DNA of 64,000 bases, from the NCBI GenBank assembly GCA_028826165.1, contig JAPDFW010000059.1, forward strand, positions 1,550,001-1,614,000, in the 5' to 3' direction. Below, in pieces: positions 1 through 9,819 of the stretch. A program made the translations under genes and the position numbers. How positions within the stretch are numbered: the first letter of the stretch is position 1; each line of letters begins with the position of its first letter. The notes beneath the pieces are model-generated. The model was given only the letters and a program-made list of their open reading frames with translations. It searched no databases and was not told the DNA's origin. The stretch is from Anaeramoeba ignava BMAN (taxonomy: Eukaryota; Protista; Anaeramoebae).

Positions 1-34
1 GTTATTTGGAATTTTTTTTTAAATTCAAAAACAA

Positions 35-3000
35 ATGAATTTAAACAAATCAATCATTTTTTTGGTTTTATTTTTAATTATTTTTGGTTCATTTTGTCAA
101 TATGATGATATAATTCAAAAATTATCACAAAAAATTTCAGGTTTACAAGTTCAAAAAAGTACAACAATCCATTTCCCTTTTGAATGGGAAAAACAAAAAG
201 GGATTTATGAGTCTTGGGTTCATTTAAATGCTCATGGAAATATTTTTATGCAAACTATAAGAAATGATGTAAAAAAAAAGCAAAAAAAAAAAGCAAAAAA
301 AAAAGCAAAAAAATTGATTTGTTTTTTATTATAAAAAAATTTGGAAAAATTTAGTTGAAGTTTTTTGATGATAATTTCTTTGTTACAGCTTGGGTTTGAT
401 TGATTGTTTTCTTTTATTTTAATTTTAATTAACAAACAAAACATTTTTTTAATTTTTTAATTTTTTAATTATTTTGATTAGATTAATCAAATTCTTTTAG
501 AAGCAAACAAGGTAAATTTATTAATTTTAATTTTAATTTTAATTTTAATTCTAATTTTAATTCTAATTCTAATTTTAATTCTAATTCTAATTCTAATTTT
601 AATTTTAATTTTAATTTTAATTATAATTTTAATTTTAATTTTAATTTTAATTCTAATTTTAATTCTAATTCTAATTCTAATTCTAATTCTAATTTTAATT
701 TTAATTCTAATTCTAATTCTAATTATAATTCTAATTTTAATTTTAATTTTAATTTAAATTTTAATTCCTAATTCTAATTATAATTTTAATTTTAATTTAA
801 TTCTAATTATAATTTTAATTTTTAATTTTAATTTTAATTTTAATTTTTAATTTTTAATTCTATTTTAATTCTAATTTTAATTTTAATTCTAATTTTAATT
901 TAATTTTAATTTTAATTTTAATTTTAATTTTTTAAATTTTAAATTTTAATTTTAATTTTAATTTTAATTTTAATTTTAATTCTAATTTTAATTTTAATTC
1001 TAATTCTAATTTAATTTAATTCTAATTCTAAATTTAATTTTAATTTTAATTTTAATTTTTAATTTTAATTTTAATTCTAATTTTTTTAATTTTAATTTTA
1101 AATTTCAAAAAGATTTAATTTTAATGGAGTTTTGGTTGATGATACTTAATTTTAATTTTCCAAATATTTTTGGCCTGAAAGAAGATGGAAAATGGATGAG
1201 TTTCCTATTAATTTTCCAACAGAAGATAATTGGAAATGCAATTCTAATTTTAATTTTTAATTTTAGTTTTTAATTTTAATTTTAATTTTAATTTAATTCT
1301 AATTCTCAATTTAATTAAATTAAATTAAAATTCAAATTAATTAATTATAATTTTAATTTTAATTTTAATTTTAATTTTAATTTTAATTTTAATTTTAATT
1401 TTAATTTTAATTTTAATTTTAATTATAATTTTAATTTTAATTCTAAATTAAATCCAAAAAAAAAGATTGGAAAAATTCAACTTGATAAAGATCAATTACT
1501 TAATGGAGTTTTGGTTGATGATACTTATTTAGATCATAATTCACCTGGAGTTCCAATTATTAATTTTTGGCCTGAAAGACTTGTAGATGGAAAATGGATG
1601 AGTTATCCTATTAATCTAGTTGTTCCAACAGAAGATGAAGAGAGTTTTGGAAATGCAATCCATAAACTTTTAGATTTCTTAGGTTTAGATAGTTTATGGA
1701 AGTATATTGAACCCTATATATCATTTGCATCAGAAGCACTTGCTGCATTTCATATTCCTCCTGTAATTAAATGAAATTAAATTAAATCAAATCAAATTAA
1801 ATTAAATTAAATTAAATTAAATTAATATCCTAAAAAGGATGCTGATGATACTTCAGTTAATCTCGCAATGGGTTGTTTATTATATGAAAACAAAGATAAA
1901 TTTCCTGATGCTTTTAATGCATGGTGGTCTTCTAATAAAAACATTTCTCGTATCATGGATTATATCATTCAATATGCTTATTATCCTTTAATGAATGATA
2001 ATAATCTTGATGTTATTGATTCAAGAACTTATTATTTTATGCATGAATTTTTAGAAAGTGGAGTTGTTAAAGATAAATCATTTGGATTAGTTGCAACTTG
2101 GTTAATGAATCAAATAACAAGTAAAAATGGATATCCAAATGAAGCTATGCCATTTAATATGAATAATGTTGATGCAAGTGTTTGCTCAAATTTCATTTAT
2201 GGATTATCTCAACTTTCTGTTAGTCAATTAATTCCATTAAATGAATGGATATCTGATGAAATCAAAAACTTATTTGTTAATACTGCAACTTATGTTAATT
2301 GGGTAATTCAAACAGGAAGATTACTTGAAAGACCAGACCTTGGAATTCTTTACTATCCACCAATTTATGATATGTAAATTTCATCATTAATAATAATTTC
2401 TTTGAAATTGAAATTAATTTTTGGAAAAATAGGTATTGGTTTGTTTCAAGAACACTTTCTTTATTTTCAGGAAATTCATTCCCTGATCCAATTTTTGAAA
2501 CTGTTTATAATATGTTCTTATCAACAATGGAAAATGAAGGAACAGCTCAAATTTTAAAAGCAGTTCAAGAAGATTCAAATAATGCTTGGTGGGATGATTT
2601 CCTTGGTAATTTTATTGATTGATTTATATTTTTAATTTATTTATAATTGATTTTTATTTTTAATTTATTTAAATTTAATTTGAATATTTAGGTGATAATG
2701 ATACTAATCTTATTGGAAAACATGTTAATAATGCTGAAGATAGAATATTTACAACTTCAAGTATTATTCAATTTTATTATTCAAATTTATTATTTAATTT
2801 TTGATTTGAAAATGAATTAATAAATTAATTAATAAATAAATAGTTGCAATGAATGCATTAATTGATACTTGGACAATAAGAAATGATTATAAATACACAT
2901 GGAGACAAGAAACACCAGAATATATTAAAGATATTATTCAAAAAGGAATTAATTGGTTAGTTAAATATTCAATTTCTTCAACTTATAAACCAGAAAATTG

Positions 3001-3760
3001 TTTCTTTTCAGGAAGTGGAAAATCAGTAGATGGTATGCCTTTTTGGTATCCAGCAACATATATTGAATATCTAAACGGAACAGTTGGTAAATATTTAAAA
3101 ATTAAAATTTAGATCAAAATCAAAATCAAAATTTAAATCAAAATCAAAATCAAAATTTAAATTAAAATCAAAATTAAAATCAAAATTAAAATCAAAATTA
3201 AAATTAAAATCAAAATCAAAATTAAAATCAAAATCAAAATTAAAATTAAAAATTAAAATTAAAATTATAATTAAAATTAAAATTAAAATTAAAATCAAAA
3301 TCAAAATCAAAATCAAAATCAAAATCAAAATCAAAATCAAAATCAAAATCAAAATCAAAATCAAAATTAAAAACAAAATTAAAATTAAAATTAAAATTAA
3401 AATTAAAATCAAAATCAAAATCAAAATCAAAATCAAAATCAAAATCAAAATTAAAATTAAAATTAAAATTAAAATCAAAATTAAAATGTAAATGTAAATC
3501 AAATAGTTCCACCTGATTCACCACCAAGTGTTATTACAAATGAATTAATTGATGCAATGTCAGGAATTTTAAGTAGTGATGATTATAATCATATGGTTTA
3601 TGATGAATTACATTTCCAATCACCAACACCAACTAATTTTACTGGATTTAATACAGGTTCATTCTTTCCATATTGGTCAAGTCCAGCATTGACTTATTCA
3701 ACAACTTTACTTGCAATTTCCAAATATTCAACAATTACTCAATCAGAAAATAAGAATTAA
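35..3760 (+). CDS. Secreted protein, 9 exons, with a class II terpene-cyclase-like DxDDT motif (paralogue 1)
   Basis: Hand-spliced GT-AG exons 35-268, 355-393, 482-511, 1466-1762, 1838-2373, 2433-2605, 2692-2760, 2844-3086 and 3507-3760 keep one frame. N-terminal signal peptide MNLNKSIIFLVLFLIIFGSFC. The spliced product contains FHIPP|DADDTS, NNVDASVCSN and LYYPP. Function is inferred. Confidence 0.75.
520..1460. repeat. (TTTTAA/TTCTAA)n microsatellite filling intron 3 of paralogue 1
   Basis: Hexamer run lying between the GT donor at 512 and the AG acceptor at 1465. Confidence 0.9.
3097..3490. repeat. (AAAATC/AAAATT)n microsatellite in intron 8 of paralogue 1
   Basis: Visible hexamer run; it produces the spurious ILIL/FDFD ORFs. 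Confidence 0.9.
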
Positions 3761-4025
3761 TTCCAATTTCCTTTTTAATTTCTTTCAATTCCTTTTTTCT
3801 TTTTCTTTCAATTCCTTTTTTTGGATTTCTTTTTCTTTTCATCAAAAAAAAAAAAACAAAAATAAATAAGAAATTGGAATATCAAAACAAAAAATTCAAG
3901 TTTCGAAATCATTTTAATTTTAATTCTTTTTATTAGTTTGTTTCATTTTTTTCCATTTTTTCAAATCAAAAACTCTTTTTTCTTTTTTAACTTGATTTTA
4001 GGGTTTCATTTCAATTCAAAAACAA

Positions 4026-7000
4026 ATGAATTTAAACAAATCAATCATTTTTTTGGTTTTATTTTTAATTATTTTTGGTTCATTTTGTCAATATGATGAT
4101 ATAATTCAAAAATTATCACAACAAATTTCAGGTTTACAAGTTCAAAAAAGTACAAAAATCAATTTCCCTTTTGAATGGGAAAAACAAAAAGGGATTTATG
4201 AGTCTTGGGTTCATATAAATGTGCATGGAAATGTTTTTATGCAAACTATAAGAAATGATGTAAAAAAAAAGCAAAAAAAATTTAACAAAAAAGGAACAAG
4301 ATTAAATCTTTAATTAAAAATTCTTTTTTGTTTTTTATTATAAAAAAATTTGGAAAAATTTAGGTGAAGTTTTTTGATGATAATTTCTTTGTTACAGCTT
4401 GGGTTTGTTTGATTTCATTTTATTTTAATTAACAAACAAAACATTTTTTTAATTTTTTAATTATTTTATTATTTTGATTAGATTAATCAAATTCTTTTAG
4501 AAGCAAACAAGGTAAATTTATTAATTTTAATTTTAATTTTAATTAATTTTAATTCTAATTTTAATTTTAATTTTAATTTTAATTCTAATTTTAATTTTAA
4601 TTTTAATTCTAATTCTAATTCTAATTCTAATTTTAATTCTAATTTTAATTTTAATTTTAATTCTAATTATAATTCTAATTCTAATTCTAATTCTAATTTT
4701 AATTCTAAATTAAATCCAAAAAAAAAGATTGGAACAATTCAACTTGATAAAGATCAATTACTTAATGCAATTTTAGTTGAAGATACTTATTTAGATCATC
4801 ATTCACTTGGTGATCCAATTGTTAATTTTTGGCCTGAAAGATTTATAAATGGAACATGGATGAGTTATCCTATTAATCTAGTTGTTCCAATAGATGATGA
4901 AGAGGGTTTTGGAAATGTAGTCCATAAACTTTTAGATTTCTTAGGTTTAGATAGTTTATGGAAGTATATTGAGCCTTTTCTACAGTTTTCATCAGAAGCA
5001 CTTGCTGCATTTCATATTCCTCCTGTAATTAAATGAAATTAAATATTCAAATTAAATTAAATTAAATTAAATTAAATATTCAAATCAAATATTCAAATTA
5101 AATCAAATTAAATTAAATTAAATATTCAAATTAAATTAAATTAAATTAAATTAAATATTCAAATTAAATTAAATTAAATTAAATTAAATTAAATATTCAA
5201 ATCAAATATTCAAATCAAATTAAATCAAATATTCAAATTAAATTAAATTAAATTAAATTAAATATTCAAATTAAATATTCAAATTAAATATTCAAATTAA
5301 ATCAAATTAAATTAAATTAAATATTCAAATCAAATTAAATCAAATATTCAAATTAAATTAAATTAAATTAAATTAAATTAATATCCTAAAAAGGATGCTG
5401 ATGATACTTCAGTTAATCTTGCAATGGGTTGTTTATTATATGAAAACAAAGATAAATTTCCTGATGCTTTTGATTCATGGTGGTCTTCTAATAAAAACAT
5501 TTCTCGTATCATGAAGTATTTGACAGATTATGCTTATTATCCTTTAATGAATGATGAAAATCTTGATCTTATTGATTCAAGAACTTATTATTTTATGCAT
5601 GAATTTTTAGAAAGTGGAGTTGTTAAAGATAAATCATTTGGAATAGTTACAACTTGGTTAATGGATAGATTAAAAAGTAAAAATGGATATCCAACTGAAT
5701 TTATGCCATTTAATATGAATAATGTTGATGCAAGTGTTTGCTCAAATTTCATTTATGGATTATCTCAACTTTCTGTTAGTCAATTAATTCCATTAAATGA
5801 ATGGATATCTGATGAAATCAAAAACTTATTTGTTAATACTGCAACTTATGTTAATTGGGTAATTCAAACAGGAAGATTACTTGAAAGACCAGACCTTGGA
5901 ATTCTTTACTATCCACCAATTTATGATATGTAAATTTCATTATTAATAATAATTTTGGAATTGAAATTAATTTTTGGAAAAATAGGTATTGGTTTGTTTC
6001 AAGAACACTTTCTTTATTTTCAGGAAATTCATTCCCTGATCCAATTTTTGAAACTGTTTATAATATGTTGTTGTCAACAATGGAAAATGAAGGAACAGCT
6101 CAAATTTTAAAAGCAGTTCAAGAAGATTCAAATAATGCTTGGTGGGATGATTTCCTTGGTAATTTTATTGATTGATTTATATTTTTAATTTAATTATAAT
6201 TGATTGATTTATTTTTAATTTATTTAAATTTATATTTGAATATTTAGGTGATAATGATACTAATCTTATTGGAAAACATGTTAATAATGCTGAAGATAGA
6301 ATATTTACAACTTCAAGTATTATTCAATTTTATTATTCAATTTTTGATTTGAAAATAAATTAATAAATTAATTAATAAATAAATAGTTGCAATGAATGCA
6401 TTAATTGATACTTGGACAATAAGAAATGATTATAAATACACATGGAGACAAGAAACACCAGAATATATTAAAGATATTATTCAAAAAGGAATTAATTGGT
6501 TAGTTAAATATTCAATTTCTTCAACTTATAAACCAGAAAATCCATTCTTTTCAGGAAGTGGAAAATCACCAGATAGTATGCCTTTTTGGTATCCAGCAAC
6601 ATACATTGAATATCTAAATGGAACAGTTGGTAAATATTTAAAAATTAAAATTAAAATTATAATTAAAATTAAAATTAAAATCAAAATCAAAATTTAAATT
6701 AAAATTTAAATCAAAATCAAAATTAAAATCAAAATCAAAATCAAAATCAAAATTAAAATTTAAATCAAAATCAAAATCAAAATTAAAATCAAAATCAAAA
6801 TCAAAATCAAAATCAAAATCAAAATTAAAATCAAAATCTAAATCAAAATCAAAATCAAAATCAAAATTTAAATCAAAATCAAAATCAAAATTTAAATCAA
6901 AATCAAAATCAAAATTAAAATCAAAATTTAAATCAAAATCAAAATCAAAATTAAAATCAAAATAAATTAAAATCAAAATCAAAATTAAAATCAAAATCAA

Positions 7001-7732
7001 AATCAAAATTAAAATCAAAATCAAAATCAAAATTAAAATCAAAATCAAAATTAAAATTTAAATCAAAATCAAAATTAAAATCAAAATCAAAATCAAAATC
7101 AAAATTAAAATCAAAATCAAAATTTAAATCAAAATCAAAATCAAAATTAAAATCAAAATTTAAATTTAAATCAAAATCAAAATCAAAATTTAAATCAAAA
7201 TTAAAATTAAAATCAAAATCAAAATCAAAATCAAAATCAAAATCAAAATCAAAATTAAAATTAAAATTAAAATTAAAATTAAAATCAAAATCAAAATCAA
7301 AATCAAAATCAAAATCAAAATCAAAATTAAAATTAAAATTAAAATTAAAATCAAAATCAAAATTAAAAATTAAAATTATAATTAAAATTAAAATTAAAAT
7401 TAAAATCAAAATCAAAATCAAAATCAAAATCAAAATCAAAATCAAAATGTAAATGTAAATGAAATGTAAATCAAATAGTTCCACCTGATTCACCACCAAG
7501 TGTTATTACAACTTATTTAATTACAGCCATGGAAGGAATTTTAAGTAGTGATGATTATAATCATATGGTTTATGATGAATTACATTTCCAATCACCAACA
7601 CCAACTAATTTTACTGGATTTAATTCCGCTACATTCTTTCCATATTGGTCAAGTCCAGCATTCACTTATTCAACAACTTTACTTGCAATTTCCAAATATT
7701 CAACAATTACTCAATCAGAAAATAAGAATTAA
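4026..7732 (+). CDS. Tandem paralogue 2 of the 35-3760 gene
   Basis: Same exon organisation and near-identical exon sequences (e.g. ORF 5424-5933 vs 1868-2377; 6392 vs 2849; 7529 vs 3557). Confidence 0.75.
5030..5385. repeat. (AAATT/AAATATTC)n repeat in intron 4 of paralogue 2
   Basis: Visible repeat within intron 5025-5393. Confidence 0.85.
6640..7470. repeat. (AAAATC/AAAATT)n microsatellite in intron 8 of paralogue 2
   Basis: Visible hexamer run within intron 6630-7478. Confidence 0.9.
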
Positions 7733-7848
7733 TTCCAATTTCCTTTTTTCTCTTTTTCTTTTTTCTTTTTTCTTTTTTCTTTTCATTCCAAAATGAAATC
7801 CAAAAAAAAAATTTTTTCATTTTTTTCTTTTCATTTAATTTTTAAAAA

Positions 7849-9621
7849 ATGATAAAAAAAAATTTATTATTCATTATCCTTTATATTTTAATAATAATTC
7901 ATCAAATCAAATCACAAACACAACAACAAGAAGAAGAAGAAATAGACTTTGGAGAAGAAGTAGAAGAAGAATTATATGAAAACAATGAACATCCATTTTT
8001 TTTCTTAGAAACATTTTCAAACACAAAAGAAAATGAATGGAAAAAATCGGAAATAGAAGGAATAAATGGAGAGTGGTCAATTGAAAAAACAATCAACTCA
8101 TTTTCAATTTTGAATGATTTTGGACTTGTGATTCAAAACAAATCAGAATTTTATGCCATTTCACATGTTTTTGACAAAGTATTCGATCCAAAAGAAAAAG
8201 GAGTATTGATTCAATTTGAAACAAGAATTCAACAACCAGTTTTTGAAGTAGCATATTGTATTAAGCTTCTATCCAATGAAGGCAAAAATACCGACAAAGT
8301 ATTATTCAATCCTGAGGAGTTTTCCAATCAATCCTCATACGAAATCATGTTTGGACCTGATTCCAAAAACGGAAAAAAAGAAATACTATTTAAATATCAA
8401 CATGAAAACAAAATTTCAAATGAAAAAAAGGAAATATCTTTATTGGATCCACCAGTGACATATGAACTACCATTTTCAGCCCTTTATACACTTGTGGTTT
8501 ATCCCAATAATTCATACATGATTTATGTGAACTTGAATAAAGTGAAGGAGGGTAGTTTATTGAATGATCAAGAATTCTCATTCCCTTTAAATCCACCAAA
8601 AACTATTGATGATCCTCAAGATATCAAGCCAGATAACTGGGATGAAAATGAGTTTATTGATGACCCAGAAGACACAAAACCCGATGATTGGGATGAGGAG
8701 CAGCCATCGCATATTTGTGATCTTTCAATTAATAAACCTCCTGATTGGGATGATGATGAAGATGGTGAATGGGAGTGTATTTTAATCCAAAATCCAAATT
8801 TTAAAGGAAAATGGTTTCCCAAAAAAATCAAAAATCCAAATTTTCAAGGCGTTTGGAAAGCTCGTCAAATCCCAAATCCTCAATACTATCAAGATGAACA
8901 TCCTTCTTATTTCAATCCTATTTCTGCTGTTGGTTTTGAGTTCTTCTCAAGTGCTGCAAAAATTTTTTTCGATAATATTCTTGTCAGTTATGCAGATGAT
9001 TTGGAAGAAGCTTTTGAATTCGCAAAAAAAACTTGGTTGATCAAGTTTGATAAGCAAAAAGATGTTTATGAAAAATATCTTAAGAAATATTTAGAAAAGA
9101 GAAAAAAAGAAATGCCAATTTGGGATAAAATTTTGTATTGGATAAATGAAAATCCTTATAAAGCTGCAGTTACTGGTGGTTTAATTGTTGGAACTACAAT
9201 ATTATTTTTGCTTTATAGATGTTTTGGATTTTATGGATTATATAAACCAAAAATTAAAAATCAAGACAAAGATAAAAATGAAGATAAAAATGATAAAAAA
9301 GAAGATAAAAAAGAAGATAAAGAAGAAGATAAAAAAGAAGATAAAAATGAAGATAAAAATGAAGACAAAGATAAAAATGAAGATAAAAAAGAAGATAAAA
9401 AAGAAGATAAAAAAGAAGATAAAAAAGAAGATAAAAATGAAGATAAAAATGAAGATGAAAAAGAAGACAAAAATGAAGATAAACAAGAAGATAAAAAAGA
9501 AGATAAAAATGAAGATAAAAAAGAAGATAAAAAAGAAGATAAAAAAGAAGATAAAAGAAAAAAAAAAAAAAAAATTAAAAAAATGAAAGATGAAAAAAAA
9601 TCAAAAATCAAAAGAAGATAA
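7849..9621 (+). CDS. CANX: Calnexin/calreticulin-family ER lectin chaperone (type I membrane protein)
   Basis: Signal peptide; YEIMFGPD; LYTLVVYPNNSY; P-domain repeats IDDPxDxKPxxWD and GxWxxxxIxNP; IFFDNILV; one TM helix; KEDK-repeat cytosolic tail. Confidence 0.88.
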   Translation: MIKKNLLFIILYILIIIHQIKSQTQQQEEEEIDFGEEVEEELYENNEHPFFFLETFSNTKENEWKKSEIEGINGEWSIEKTINSFSILNDFGLVIQNKSEFYAISHVFDKVFDPKEKGVLIQFETRIQQPVFEVAYCIKLLSNEGKNTDKVLFNPEEFSNQSSYEIMFGPDSKNGKKEILFKYQHENKISNEKKEISLLDPPVTYELPFSALYTLVVYPNNSYMIYVNLNKVKEGSLLNDQEFSFPLNPPKTIDDPQDIKPDNWDENEFIDDPEDTKPDDWDEEQPSHICDLSINKPPDWDDDEDGEWECILIQNPNFKGKWFPKKIKNPNFQGVWKARQIPNPQYYQDEHPSYFNPISAVGFEFFSSAAKIFFDNILVSYADDLEEAFEFAKKTWLIKFDKQKDVYEKYLKKYLEKRKKEMPIWDKILYWINENPYKAAVTGGLIVGTTILFLLYRCFGFYGLYKPKIKNQDKDKNEDKNDKKEDKKEDKEEDKKEDKNEDKNEDKDKNEDKKEDKKEDKKEDKKEDKNEDKNEDEKEDKNEDKQEDKKEDKNEDKKEDKKEDKKEDKRKKKKKIKKMKDEKKSKIKRR

Positions 9622-9819
9622 AAAAATAAAAATCAAGAAGATAAAAAAATTGAAAATTAAAATCGGATAAAAAATTAAAATTAAAATCAAAATTAAAATT
9701 AAAATTAAAATCAAAATCAAAATTAAAATTAAAATCAAAATTAAATTTAAAATCAAAATCAAAATTAAAATTAAAATTAAAATTAAAATTAAAATTAAAA
9801 TTGTTTAAAAAGATTTTTT

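Noticed and set aside
3095-7499. Minus-strand ORFs of ILIL/FDFD dipeptides
   Set aside because: They are translations of intronic hexamer microsatellites on the opposite strand.
9185-9611. Extra ORFs over the calnexin tail
   Set aside because: Alternate frames of the KEDK 12-nt coding repeat.
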